A program made the position numbers and the translations under genes. The notes beneath the pieces were generated by a model, which ran no database searches, was not told where the DNA came from, and saw only the letters and a list, made by a program, of their open reading frames with translations. From Gekko japonicus (taxonomy: Eukaryota): a DNA stretch of 64,000 nucleotides. The stretch is taken from contig NW_015169175.1 in assembly GCF_001447785.1 (NCBI RefSeq), positions 845,838 to 909,837 of the forward strand, given 5' to 3'. Positions 47,978 through 62,434 of the stretch are shown here, one piece after another (the first letter of the stretch is position 1; each line of letters begins with the position of its first letter).

Positions 47978-50900
47978 AAAATTCAAAGCAAGAAATCAAC
48001 AAAGAGCCAGAATAAGAAAGTCTATTTGCATAACTGAGAATATGCATTTTTATGTGATTGATGAAATGTTGATTAATAATCTGCAGCCCAAATACTGGTT
48101 GTTGAGAAGTCCTTTATTAGGAAGTAGCACATTCAAGGTCCCACAATAAGTAATAATTATATAGAAGAGTACCCTGGGTGATTGTATTAGTGCACTGGCA
48201 TAAATCTATACATGGATTACTGGAAACTGGCATAGAATTTTTTTAAATAAATAAGAAATTAAACTCTTCACCTCTATTTTTTTTTGTAAAGCATCTCTTA
48301 TAAGTCTTTTGCCTGCCAGTTTCTTCACATACTGGTTATTCTAGCATCCCATCTACTCCTCCAGTATACATTAACTTAAAGATTTCATGCTATTTTTAAG
48401 AGCCATATTTGAGTCACTGAGTTATATTTGGCTCCATGTACTTCTAAAAATACCAGCTGCAAACTTCTGGACATAATTCATTTGATGTCCAATGCTTGTT
48501 TTTATAGGGTGATTCCCTCATCTGTATAGTTCAATCTTTGCTTTCCTTCTGAATGGCATTCATAAAGGTAACCATAGGCATCTGAACCAACTAGGGATGA
48601 CATTTTCTTATAAGAAGTGCCTTTTGATTCGGCCAATAGCTCTTGATCAGGGTCTGCAGAGGGGAAATAGATAGCAGACAATTTTTACTGTTGTGTAATT
48701 GGGGCCCACCCTGGCCTGGATAGCCCTGGATAGCTCCATCTTGTTAGATCTTGGGAGCTAAGCAGGGTCTGTTCGAGCTAGTATTTGGATGGGAGACCTC
48801 CAAGGAATACCAGGGTTGTGATGCGGAGGCAGGCAATGGCAGACCACTTCTGAACGTCTCTTGCCTTGAAAACCCTATGGGATCACCATAAATCAGCAAA
48901 AAATAAAGGGAGTGGGTGTCCGCTCAGAATATGAACTACCATATCCTTTCTCTGAATAGTTTGCATCACTGAAGCTAAACACTTCAGTGCATTAATGTCT
49001 CCAACATCAAATGTGGTGTTCCTGGCACAGAATTGAACTGCTGTTGACTTTTTGCTAAAGCTTTCAAATCAAATAAAGGGAGAGAAAAGTGCAACTGAAA
49101 TGTCAGATCCTTGCAAGTTGAAGTCTGAAGAATGAACATCCTGTTTATAATGTGCATGTGTACAAGCAGATAGATACAGAGACCAACCCAACAAAAGTCT
49201 TATAATAACATTCAGGGTCTGGAAAGGTAATGTTGCAGTCAGGCATATAAGCATGTTTAACTTTGCATAGGATCTAGCGAGGAGGAGATAAATTGTTTAT
49301 TATGTTTGGTACATTTTTATCCTGCCTTTCCTCCAAGGATCTCAAGGCAGTGTACATTACTCCCCACAGCAACCCATGTCTTCCTTGGTGGTCTACCATT
49401 CAACTACTAACCATGTCCAGCCCTGTTTAGCTGCTGAGCTCTGACAGGCTTAGGCTATTCAGGCTGCTTCTTCAATCAAGAGGGCAACTAAATTTATAGC
49501 CACATCCCAGTGGCACCTTGCACAACTCCCCAAACTTCTAAGGTGACCAAAATGCCCCCCAATTTTGTCCCTCTGGCAGTCCTGGAAGTGAGCAAACTTT
49601 GAGGCAGTTCACTCAGAGGAATTCTGAATTTCAGTTATACAGATTTTCTTTACAAGCCAGAAAATTGGTGTGTGTGTGGCACACTGATAAGGCCAAAGTG
49701 GCTGGTCCCAGAACAAGTAAGCCACCTACTACTGGGGATAAACATCCATCCTCTCGTCTAGATGAGACCCTCAGAGAGAGGAAGGCGAGCATCCATGACT
49801 CTCAACAACCAGGCGTTTCTGAGTGATGGCTTCTGATGGGTCTATCAGTACTAATCTCCTTCTACAAACAGCTAGACTTAATGAGGCAGATAACAGTATC
49901 TATCAAGCCAAGCAGAATGTATGCTTTTAATCTTTCACAGCCCTTTAACTCCCTGTCCTACTTTTAACCAACATTATCATTTTAACCTGCCCACCCTGTC
50001 TGAGATGCCACGTGAGGTAGCAGATTTGCTGTCCCCCAGGATTTGCTGTCTCTTTGGATACTTTTTGTATCTGCATTATGTCAATAAAACAAAGACTATA
50101 AAGATAACATACGTCTCCAGGGCTCTGCCTTCCAAACCAACCTGGGTAAGCCCTAGTCCCTGGAACTGCTTGGGCAAGTGTGGTGTGCATACACAATATG
50201 CCTTCGCCAAGAGAGCGATCCTAAGCAGTTCTACTTAGGCCAATTCAATGGAGGTTACTTCCAGGAAACTGTTCTCAGGATTGCACTGTAGTCAACCCAA
50301 TATAACAGTAAAACTGCAGGCAACCCCCTGCCCCAGCCTCCAAATACCCAATCGGCCATTTCTAGGCTTCGCATACAGAGGACCACAAAAATATAAAGGA
50401 AGAAGTGCCTTACCTCACTCTTTGACCACCTTAGATAGAATGTCTTTTCGTTTAGTTCTGTCAACACTACAGATCTATACTCGCTTGATACCAGTTTAAT
50501 TCTTATAGCTTTCCTCTTGGGAAATGTAATTTAGCAATGATACTAAGAACGTTAGATATCCCTTGCTGCCCTCACAGAAAAAGAACATCCAGGATTCTCT
50601 GAGGACCGGGAACATTAACTGATTTATATCCATAGTGTAGTTTGAGGGTTAGAGCCAATCTATTTCACCACTGGTGGAAGGCAGTCCCCTTTGACCTCCC
50701 AAAGGCTATGCTGCAAACCATGGGACCTGCATGGACGAAAGCCACGCAGCACTGGGGTTGTTATGAGGAGGGGATTAGGGTGAAATGGAATGAGAAAGTT
50801 GGTTGAATCCAACCCGATATTTCACTTCTGTCTCAACCTTAGCAGCTGTTTTTATACAGGACTAAAAATAGAATTTGGTTGCAAGATAAGGCCCTTTCAT

Positions 50901-51866
50901 CCTTATATTCTGAGCCTGAGTTCAGTAATAGATTGCAGGATCCCAACATAATCCTATTTGTGAGCCTGATTTTGCCTGTGGGTTGCCAGCTGGCTATCCC
51001 TGGATGACAGCATCAGCTGGGTTTCTTCCAGGTCTATTACTCACAGAGTCATCAATAAGATGGATGTTGTTATTAGACATGCAAATCAGTTTCAGCAGGT
51101 GCTGTTCTTCCCTCTTGCAACAAAACCACAATGTGCACAATGGGGATTAAAAATAGCATCCCCCATCCACACCAAAAAAAGAAGAAAAAGAAAGAAGAAA
51201 ACTAAGCACATAGTTTCAGAATATCGAGGCTTATCAGAGAGGAAACTAGAGATCACAGACCAATCTGTCACAAATTAATTCCATCCATATATCAGTTTTT
51301 GTCCTTCAAAATGTAACAATTTCTCCATTTAAACCGAAGATTGATCAAAGAGATTGCCCCTTCCTGCACTTGAAAAAAACGATAGATGGGTCTCCTACTT
51401 TTACCAGCCAACTGTCACATGAGGGCTCCTCTGGACTCTTCAGTTGCAAATACATATCTGTTGTTGCTGTTTTGCTGTCAAGTCTCAACTGACTTATGGC
51501 AGCCCCAGAGGGGTTTTAGGGCAAGAGATGTTCAGAGGTGGTTTGCCATTGCCTGGCTCTGTGTCACGACCCTGGTATTCCTCAGAGGTCTCCTATCCAA
51601 ATACTAGGCAGGGCTGACCCTGCTTAGCTTTCAAAGTCTGATGAGATCAGGCTAGCCTGGGCTATGCAGGTCAGGGCAGATAATGTATGTAGTAGGATGC
51701 AATCCATATGTGGTTTCACCACAGTACTCTTCCAAATGCCCCCAAAGTAATACAGCAGATAATAGTCTATTCTGTAGTTGATTTATTCAGGAACATTAGC
51801 TGCTTGGGTTTGGAGGGTCTCTAATCATTTCAAACAAAGTGGTTTGTTTGGCCTTGCTGCTTTGAT

Positions 51867-51936
51867 GTCCTTCCTTCCTTCCTTCCTTCCTTCCTTCCTT
51901 CCTTCCTTCCTTCCTTCCTTCCTTCCTTCCTTCCTT
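51867..51936. repeat. (TTCC)n microsatellite
   Basis: Perfect tetranucleotide run. Confidence 0.95.
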
Positions 51937-52299
51937 GTTGGATCCAATACTTCCCTTCCAATCAGTCCTCCTTAAAAAGAGACTTCCTCCAAGGAAGACC
52001 ACAAAGAAAGCCAGTGGAAGGGAGCCATAAAATACAAATTGATAAAAGCAGGCTGGCTTTTCTTTCCTCTTCTACTGAGTTATTGGTTGCCGATGGAGGG
52101 AAGTTAAGCCTAGTTGTCCAGTGGAAAGGGGCTCACTTCTTCTCCAGTAGATGACATAGACCTTCAAAGGCCAAGTAGCCAACTCCTTGGGAGTAATGGA
52201 AATTTGATTTTCTGAGGTAAATTTTGTTAAACCAAAGATTAAGAATTATGTATTTACAGCAAGATTTTTAGAATGACACCTTCATTCAGTAAGCAGATT

Positions 52300-52565
52300 C
52301 AGTGAGGTCTAGTGATTAGAGTGTCAGAGTAGAATCTGGGAAACTTAGATTCAAATTCCCACTCTGCCATGGAAGTTTGCTTGGTGACCTTTGGTCAGTC
52401 ACACATGCTCAGATGAACGTACCTCACAGGGCTGTTGTGAGGATAAAATGGAGGTTGGAGAACAATGTAAGCTACTTTGGGTCTCCATTGGGGAAAAGGT
52501 AGGGTATAAATGACATAAATAAGTAAATAAATAAATAAATGACATAAATAAGTAAATAAATAAAT
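52300..52565 (+). mobile_element. Old CORE/MIR-like SINE (similar decayed copies ~4540-4730, 10845-10950, 22520-22700, and 45840-46057 continuing at 47011-47045)
   Basis: ACCTCACAGGG.TGTTGTGAGGATAAAATGG core, tRNA-like head, (TAAA)n tail. Confidence 0.7.
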
Positions 52566-55277
52566 AGAGCCTCTTTCTATAAAATAAGTAACTTCTGTCC
52601 TTATAAATTGGGAAGCCCCTGTTTGTATTTGTCTGTCTTTGTTGAATACAGGGTGTAGAGTTATTTAACCTCCTAACCATGGAGACTTGTTTTCCTGTCT
52701 AGGCAACTTTCAACAATACCAAAGGCCACAGAAATTGCCCAGTGTGTACATTCATAGCAAGATACATACTTCAAACCTACACAGAGATGAGTTTGTTGTT
52801 GAAAACCATCATGTATGAAATGCCTACAAGGACAGCTGTTAAAACAGCATGTGTGTGAGCTCAGGGCCTTGTGATTTCATTTTTTTCTCCAGGCTAATCT
52901 GAAATACTGCTGCTTCATCATTACAGAGTGGCAAAATAATGCTTGATTTTCTGTACACTTTGCTGGGGAAGCTCATGTAAACACTGTGTGCAAGAAAGGT
53001 CACAGTTGTACAGGTGGTGCATTCACACAGGTCTTAATTCGAAACCAGGCTGAGCCATCAAGTGCCGTTATTGTTTGTTCCACACATAAACGGCCTTCTG
53101 CTCAGTAGGAGGTTGCTGTGGAAACAGAGCCAAGAACTTCCTACTCCGTACTTTTCCTGCTCCTACTAAACCTATAACACAAAGTCCCAAATAGTCTCTT
53201 TCTTTCCTTTAAAAGAGAAATCCCTAATTACAGTAATAAGAAAGAGATCCCTGATTGTTCAGATCACAAAGCCATCTGGCTCAACATCCAGCACTTTAAT
53301 TAGGGGTTTTCTAACGGTCTGCTTCTGTTTGATGGATAGTTTTTATGCTGCTTATGTCCAATGGTTTGTGTTTTAATGACTTGTGTTTTTAATACTGTAG
53401 ATTTTAATCATAAGCTGCCTTGAGCAGAACTCTGAAGAGGTAGGAAAGAAATATTAAAAATAGAAATAAACAATTTCTAACAGTGACTAGCCAAAAGCCT
53501 CCAGGAAACCACACCAGCATGAAGGCAGCAAGCCCTGTTCATCTTGTTTGTCCTTAATCAGGATCCTATTTTCATAGATACACTGCCTGTGAACATGGAG
53601 GTTCCCTTTAGCTATCATGACTTATAGTTCTTATTTTCCTCATCAGAAGGCTTAGTCACCAAGAGCTGAAAGTCCAAGAGTGAAAGGTTATTTCCCACCT
53701 CCTCTCTTAGAATCCTCACCCTCTTATTCCTGCAATTCTACATCATTAAAATAGAGTTAAAGGTTTGGATTTCAAGTTGTCTTCTGTAAACCAAGGGGCA
53801 CTTCGACTAGCAGAAGTGGGTGACTTTGGCCAGTACCCACTTCCTGCTGCAGATCCAGAATCCCAGCCCTGAATCCTGAGACTCCCTTGACCCCCCACAA
53901 GCAACATTGGGGAGGCACAATGGGCTGCAGCCAGGAGGGAGGGGTTTATTCATTAGACCATCTAGATCAATGGACAAGACAAGCATGCTTTAAAGAAAAT
54001 TTAAAGGCAGAATATATAATAATCTTTATTATTTTGCTTTGTATATACATGTTGACATAAGCAGTCAGTTTGGTGTAGTGGCTAAGTGTGTGGACTCTAA
54101 TCTGGGAGAACCGGGTTTGATTCCCCACTCCTCCCCTTGCACCTGGCTGGATGACCTTGGGCAAGCCGTAGTTCTGATAAGAGCTGTTCTTGCAAAAGAG
54201 CAGTTTCTCTCAAGAGCTCTCTCAGCCCCACCCACCTCACAGGGTGTCTGTTGTGGGGAGGGGAAGGGAAAGGAGTTTGTAAGCCGCTCTGAGACACCTT
54301 TGGGTAGTGAAGGGCGGGGTATAAATCCAATCTCTTATCTTCTTCTTCTCTTCTGGAGAGCCTGTTTGGTACAGTGTAATATGTTAATTTGTACAATGCT
54401 TTGATCTAGCAGTTCAGGTTTAGCAAGGCTTATTAAGGTCCCAGATCTGTGGGGTGCTCTGAATCATAAAGCAGCTCTTTGGAAGCTAATTAGTTTATTC
54501 TTTAGAATGCAGTTCTGAAGGTGCAAAATGCTTCCTTTTGCTTAAAAAACCCCAAGCTTACAATTGGTAGCAATATTAAGGAAATAACATTGTTTAGGAA
54601 ATTGGTTGGGAGATCAAGTTGCAAAGCAAGAAGGGAGGAAACCAACCCCCAAGATGAGTTGGCCGGTCTGCACTCATACATTATCCCACTCTATTCAGTC
54701 CTCTGGCCCTAACTGTCAAGGGTCATTTCACACATAACAGTTTCCCTAAAACTACAGAGTTTTCCATTGTGAGTTCCATCCACAAAGTGTGGTGCAAAAT
54801 CACGGATGTGTTATGAACCTTACAAGTTCAACAAACTCACTTTTTTCTACACAGAAATCAGATCTGTAAGGGTCGGAAAGATGGGATTGGGCAAAGCAGG
54901 ACTAAAATTGCAACAACCACACTCCTGTTTAAAGCAGACAACATGGGTGTATTTTAGCTGTTGGTATGAATATGCACTCTCATAATTCAGGGTCAGCACA
55001 ACCATGCCTGAGAATTTCCTGAGAATGTTTAGAAATGGCCTGTTTTTACAAGCAACCATTAACCCCTGTAATTTAGGACTGCACCAATAGCCACTCCATC
55101 AAATACATTAATGCAGAGTCAGGGGCCTCATGAAAACAGATTTCACAGCTGAGTTGCCAGCTCCTCCCTTAGCCAAAGGGGTCATATAGATATATTTGGG
55201 CAAACTTTACTGCTTTCCCAAGAAGTCATGAGTTGACCTACACAAGCAGAAGATGCAGTCAACAAATGTCATGCTCT

Positions 55278-58200
55278 ATTGGGTGTTAGAAATATTAGAA
55301 GCAGAAATACTTCCACAAACATTTGCAGATCATAACCTGATTCAACTCACACTTAAAGAAATACATAGGAAACCAAGATGGAGAATGAATTTAGGATTAT
55401 TAAGAGATCACAACTTTATAAAAAATACTAAACTGGAAATTCAGGAATTTTTCTAAAGGAATAGTCAAGGAGAAACCGCGATAGATATAATATGGGATAC
55501 CTTTAAGGCCTATATAAGGGGCTGGTTCATTAATCAAGACGTCTGGAGGAAAAAGAAAAGGAAAGAAGCATATGAAAAAATATGTGTATCAATTAAAAAA
55601 GAGGAAGACAATCTTAAAATAAGAGAAACTAAGGATGGAAGAGATAAATTAAGATTACTACACCATGAATTGAATTTAATATTAACACAAGAAATAGCAA
55701 AAAACATATAATATATGAAGTTATATTATTTTGATAATGCAAATAAACCATCAAGATGGCTGGCATACAGATTAAGAAAGGAAAGAGAAAAGTGTACTAT
55801 TATAGCATTAAAGAATGAAGAGGGAGAAATACAATATGGCTTACAGGAAATGAAGGTAATCATAGAAATTTTTAATTAAAAACTATATAGGCAAGAGAAG
55901 CAAAATACCAATCATTTAAATAAATTCCTTCAAGAAAAAACGTGCTAAATTAGAAGAGAAGTGTAAAACTATATTGAATGAGAAAATCAGAAAAAGAAGA
56001 AAACTCCAGGAACAGATGGGATACCGATGGAAGTATATCAGATATTGGAAGAACAAATCAGTTTACCATTTAAAGAACTTCTCCAGAACATCAGATTAAT
56101 GGGAAAGCTGCCTGATTCTTGGTATCAAATGGTAATTACATTAATCCACAAACCAGATACTGATAGTAAAGACATAAAAAACTATAGGCCTATTTCACTC
56201 TTAAATGCGGATTGCAAGATCTATGCCAATATATTAGTGACAAGATTGAAAAAGGTGTTAGCCCAAATAATATATCAAGACTAAGCAGGATTTCTTCCAA
56301 ACAGACAAATTAAAAATAATACACATAACAATTCTGAACGTAATAGAATACTATGAGGCGCACCTGTGAAAAACCATGGCTTTAATGTTCATGGATGCTG
56401 AAAAGGCTTTTATAATGTATCATGGGAGTTCATACTCCAGAAATTAAATATTTGGGACTGTGGAGTGTATTTTGAAACAATGATAAAAGCTATATACAGA
56501 AAGCAATATGCCAAGGTTATCATAAATGGAGATACGACCACCAATATCGAGATCCAGAAAGGAACTCGTCAGGGATGTCCCCTATCACCATTATTATTTA
56601 TTTTTGCCTTGGAAACATTAAATGATACAGTAAGAAAAGATCCGCAAATACGCGGCCTTAAGGTGCAAGGAGAAGAATTTAAACTATTAGCGTATGCAGA
56701 TGATATTGTGTTTATAATGGAACATCCTTTGGTGACAGTTTCTCAATTGTTAAAAATAGTTAAAGAATTTGGAGATATGGCAAATTTAAAAATAAATTTG
56801 AAAAAACAAAAATAATAACTAAAAACTGTACAGCTAACATGATAAATAAAATTCAAAAGTTGACAGAAATGGAAATAGTAAAAAAATTAAAATACCTAGG
56901 AATAATAGTATCAAATAAAAACACCACACTCATAGAAGATAACTATTAAAAATTATTGGAAGAAATTAGAGCGGATGTACAACACTGGAAAAAAATACAG
57001 GTTTCCTTAATGGGTAGAATAGCGACTATCAAAATGAATGTACTACCTAAATACTTATTTCTAGCTCAAAATATACCGGTCCTAAGAAACTTGCATTTTT
57101 TATAGACCTGGACAAAATTATAAAAGAATTTATTCTGTATCCCAAAAGGGCAAGAATTAAGTTGAAAACGCTACAAGACAGGAAAGAAAGGGGAGGGTTT
57201 GGGTTACTGGATTGGAAAGTATATTATCAGGCAGCAGTGTTAAGTCGGGAAAAGGACTGGATTTCTTTTAATAATATCAGAAAAATAAAAATGGGATGGC
57301 ATGCATACATGTGGTATGGAAAAGATAAAGTACATTATAACTATAGATACCATATTCTAAGGGGAGCATTGATGTGGGTGTGGAATGGAATTAAAGAACA
57401 ACAATATACTAAGATGCCAAGATGGGTATCACCACTGGAAGCGTTTATTAATCCATCCCTTATTAAGACCTGTGACAGAGAAAGTTATGATACCTTACTA
57501 GATAAGAACAATAAATTAAAACCAAAGGAGGCGCTGCTATCCCTTTATAAAATTGAACTGACCTGGTGGGAAACAACACAATTACAGTTGAGATACGCTA
57601 AATATCTGAAAATAGGGTTTGAAGATGGTAGATAACAATTGGATAAAATTTGGTCATCAAGTAGTGACAAAGTGATACAGAAAATATACAAACTGCTATT
57701 AGCTGAACGTATGCAAGAAGATACACTTAACACTACAATGATAGCATGGTCAAGTGATATAGGATATAATATAGGCATAGAGAAATGGGTCAAAACATGG
57801 AAATCGGTAAGCTATATGAGAAGTATTAATTATAAAGAATATATATATAAAATTTATCATCGGTGGTATTGGTTGCCGGATAAGATAGCCAAATGTAACT
57901 CGTTGTTATCCAAGAATTGTTGGAAATGTAAAAATAACGTCGGAACTTTCTTCCATATGTGGTGGCGATGTGAAAAAGTACATATATTTTGGAAGATGAT
58001 ACAGAAAATTATTTTAAAAATAACAAATATCAAAATCGAGTTGTCCCCTGAAATTGTATTGTTAAATATGCTACCGGAGAGTTATAAAGGGAAAGATAAA
58101 TACATGATAGTTTATATACTTACAACTGCAAGAATTTCGCTAGCTAGATATTGGAAACAAGAACATATTCCTCTGCAAGATGAATTAACATGCAGATTAT

Positions 58201-58413
58201 TAGAAATGGCAGAGATGGACAAACTGAGTTTAACTCTTCAAGGAAAGGATGAAAAGGTGTTTGAAGAAAGATGGAAACGCCTGTATGATTGGATTAATTT
58301 AGGTTGATAATTGTAGACTCCAGGGTGTTGATGTTAAGAATTTATATGTTAAAGGACTTGTATTTTATGGAAAACGAAAATAAAACTTATATATATATAT
58401 ATATTAAAAACCC
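55278..58413 (+). mobile_element. L1-clade LINE, 5'-truncated, disrupted ORF2
   Basis: End of endonuclease (ADHNLI); RT motifs NYRPISLLNADCKI, GTRQGCPLSPLLF, YADD; C-terminal CWKCKNNVGTFFHMWWRC; many stops and frameshifts; 16-bp TSD ACAAATGTC(A/G)TGCTCT at 55262-55277 and 58414-58429. Confidence 0.93.
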
Positions 58414-59729
58414 ACAAATGTCGTGCTCTGATCACCTGGAACTGAGATCACATCAGTCATACATGCCGAATTGCCTTTTCTGCCTCCCACAACATGGGAG
58501 CAGTAGACTTAAAGGAATGTGAAGAAATGAAGTCTCTTACTCACTTTTCCCCCCAGGAACCCACCTAACACATTATAATAAACAGATGACAGCTCAGCTG
58601 GCATGACTACAAGAACAACCATAATATCACAGGCACTCAGTGGTCAATTTGTTTTATGAAGCTATTTCAGTTTTTTTAAAAAACAGGCATGCAGAGTTTG
58701 CCAAGAGTTCATGGCTGGCTGAGGTCAAACATACCACAGCTTTAGAGACTAGCAGAGAGATTTGCATTCAAAACTCTGACTGGGTATGTTAACTGAGGTC
58801 AGTTTGAGGAAGAAATAACTGTCTTTGCCCTGGGTCACCACTGATTAAAACATACTGAGGCCTAAAGTACATTAAGTTTTATGCCCATTGCACTAACAAA
58901 GAAGTGTACTACCCTAACATTAACATCTAGCCATTAAAGTATATGTATTTAGTGGCCTCTCATAATTTGAGGCCCTAAAATATAGTTTACTTTGCTTGTG
59001 CCTAAATCCATCTCTGACTGGGTTTCAGCAATGTGACAATATGCCATAAAAATAATGTGAGAGGAACAAGTATTAATGTGGTGAAAGTGAGAATAAGTGA
59101 TAATTTTATTTCTTTTGACACGGCTATGATTACAAGCAAACATGAATCCATTTTGTACAGCATCACTTAGTGATATAACATCTTGCTAGACTGTTGCCTC
59201 AAGGGTAGTTCTCACACAGTACTCCAAACACTCTGTCAAGGTTACTGAAATCTTCAGTAGCTTTTGTTTTAACCCTCTGTATATGCCACACTAAAGATTA
59301 TGATACATTTTATTTATTTACATTATGTATAGTCTGCCTTTCTCATTGAGATTTGAGGTGGAAGATATCAAAGATGAAGGTATAAACATTCAATGGCTGC
59401 TATATTATCCATCAGGCTCACGATTAAAGGAGTTCTAAGAGATGCAACTGAATTTGAACAGAAGAGAAGAGATTGGATTTATACCCTGCCCTTCACTCGG
59501 AGCCTCAGCGTGACTTACAATCTCCTTCTCCTTCCTCTCCTCACAACAGACACCCTGTGAGGTAGGTGGGGCTAAGAGAGCTCTGAGAACTGCTCTTGAG
59601 ATAACAGCTCTGAGAGAACTGTGGCTTGCCCAAGGTCACACAGCAGGCTGCATGTGGAGAAGTGGGGAATCAAACCCAGTTCTCCCAGATTAGAGTCCAC
59701 GTTCCTAACCACTACACCAAACTGGCTGA

Positions 59730-61017
59730 TTATAAAACAAAAAGAGCATTTACTACGATGGATAAGATTTTACACCAGCTAAAAACAAAACATAAATGAA
59801 AAAATGTATGATTAAATGGATGCACCAATGGGAACAACTATGGGGAAAAGATATCAATTTTACACTTGACATTAAGAGAAAATTGGTACAAAATGTGTTT
59901 TAGAATGGTATATAACTGCAAGGACATTGAGAAAGCAGATTAAAAACTACAAAGAAAAATGCTGGAAAATGTCAAGACATAGATGGAACCTTCTTTCAGA
60001 TGTGGTGAACTTGTAAAAAAGCAAAAAGATATTGGAAAGAAATACACCAAAAATGCAGAACATATTAAAGTTCAAATTCCCACTGGAAGCCAAGATCATT
60101 ATATTGGGTGTTCTGCCTAACAAATTACCAAAAATTTTAGAAGAGATATTCAAATACATGGAGGCAGTGGCTAAAACTATATGCAGCAAAATGAAAACTA
60201 GACAGCTGCCCATGTATAGAAGAATGGGGAAATAAACATGCTGAATATGCAGTAATGGCAAAATGAACAACCTATTTGAGAAACAGGTCAGTTACAAAAT
60301 TTCAGGAGAGATGGAGTATGTATTATGTGTACTATGTTAAAAAGGTAAAGGTTCCCTTGCTTGAAAGCCAGTTGAGTCCGACTCTAGGGTTGCGGTGCTC
60401 ATCTCCGTTTCAGCCGAAGAGCCAGCGCTGTCTGAAGATGTTTTCTGTGGTCATGTGGCCGGCATGACTAAACACCAAGGCTAGCTGGAGACAAATTTAG
60501 AATGAGAAGCAGTCTAAAATATTATATACAAATGTATGGTAATGAAACAGAAGTAGAATCAAAATCTGTTTTAAATCTGTGTAAGGAAGTGGACTTTGCA
60601 GAGAACATCCTTTCGAAGTGGATTCTGAGTAGTGATATCTTCTATTTTCTTGTTCTGAGATATATGGCAGACCTTCATTTGCACCTTGATATATCTGTGA
60701 AAGTGCTAACAAATATGTAGAAGCGGTGAAAATACATAATATTGAATACACAGTAATGATAAAACTAATGATGTAGATACAAAATAGATTAGTTATAAAG
60801 TCTGAAATCTATAATGTTGAATATTATCATACCCCAACATAAGCAAGAACTATTGTATTTTATTGTCAATACCTTAAAAATTACAAGGGAAAATATTTTC
60901 TGTCTTATACATTTTGTAATACCTGATTGTCTTCGACCAACACAATTATGTTGTATAACCCCTTTCTTTTCTTTCCCTTTTCTTTTTTTGTATCCCCAGT
61001 TTTCCATTAAAAAAAAG
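59730..61017 (+). mobile_element. Older L1-clade 3' fragment interrupted by a Sauria SINE 3' part (60341-60480, minus)
   Basis: Decayed KCWK...FFQMW.TCKK motif; A-rich; right boundary uncertain. Confidence 0.6.
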
Positions 61018-61716
61018 ATTTGAGGTAGATTATGTGCCTGTGTAAAGTGCCATCAAGTCGCAGCCAATTTATGGCGACCCCAGCAAGGGGACTTTCAAGG
61101 CAAGTGAGAAGCAGAGGCGGTTTGCCATCGCCTTCCTCTGCAGAGTCTTCCTTGGTGGTCTCCCTTCTAAGTTCCAGCCCTGCTTAGCTTCCAAGATCTG
61201 ATGAGATCAGGCTATACCATGCCACTTCCCCAAGGATTACTTACACAGAGTAGATCAAATACAGTCAACAGGATGGATGGTCTCCCAAATTATTCAACAG
61301 AATGAAAAAGTCCACCCTACCTTGTGAGGCTTAGATATCATTAAAGGGCGGCTCATTTTCAGTCTCTTATTTTTAATACCACAACGGTGCGTGTGCGTAA
61401 TTTAGGATTTAGTATGAAGCAACTTTCTTAAGTCATAGCTATTTCCCCTTCCTTCTTTAGCGGGAGACCTCAAGATCTCAGCCAGTTATCATATAACTGT
61501 CTACCCTGAAAACCTAAAAAACCTGAAAAGCACACAGTCTGCCCCTCTGCCTCATTTTCTTTCAGATCTGAGACAAGGGACAAAGAGTCTTATATTTGAG
61601 TACTGTCTGCCACTAGGTGGCTGGATGTTCTTTCATTCTTCCATTTCTGTTCCGGCATTAGGCTCCGTGAAACAAAGATGTTCTTGGCTCTCACACTTCT
61701 ACATTTATACTTTAGA

Positions 61717-61719
<3 letters not shown>

Positions 61720-61796
<77 letters not shown>
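61720..61796. repeat. (CT)n microsatellite
   Basis: Perfect dinucleotide run. Confidence 0.95.
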
Positions 61797-61798
<2 letters not shown>

Positions 61799-62228
61799 TT
61801 TAAAAGTTTTTTTAAAACTTAATTTTACAGTACTATTTTCTTAAAGCATGTTTTGCTAGTAAAGAGAGCTATAACATGGCCAAAACTTTGTATAATTTGC
61901 CAGTGTTTCATCCACCTCCCACCCCACAAACAACTTTTTGTTGGCTTCCAGTTCTTAAAAGGGCCTTTTTTTGTTTGTTTGTTTGTATTCCAGTCACACA
62001 CAAACATGAATCTGGAACTAGGAAAACAGGATCTTGCTACAGCAGGATCCACTCCAGACTTTACAGGCTCTTGCTCAGTTTTATTATTTATTTACTTTTA
62101 TTTATGATCTGTCTACAATTGACTACCACCCATTACAAAATGTTAAGAATTGGATCAATATATCTAGCTATTTTTAGCTATGATTCTGAAGGACAATGAA
62201 GCAATGTGCAGGTAAATTAGGTTGTGAT

Positions 62229-62434
62229 CAGTGTTCCCTCTAAGCTGAGTTAGTGTGAGCTAGCTCACCGTTTTTTAGCCTCCAGCTCACACGTTTTTGT
62301 CTCAGCTCAGGAAGGATGGCTCCAGAGCAAACTGATTTATGTAGTAGCTGAATCGCTCGCTCACAACTTTAATGCCAGTAGCTCACAAAGTAGAATTTTT
62401 GCTCACAAGACTCCACGGCTTAGAGGAAACATTG
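62229..62434. mobile_element. hAT-type MITE
   Basis: TIRs CAGTGTTCCCTCTAAGC / GCTTAGAGGAAACATTG; perfect 8-bp TSD GTTGTGAT at 62221-62228 and 62435-62442. Confidence 0.9.

Noticed and set aside
48500-48680. Minus-strand acceptor-like TTTCCCCTCTGCAG followed by ~50 open codons
   Set aside because: No recognisable homology and no partner exons; expected by chance
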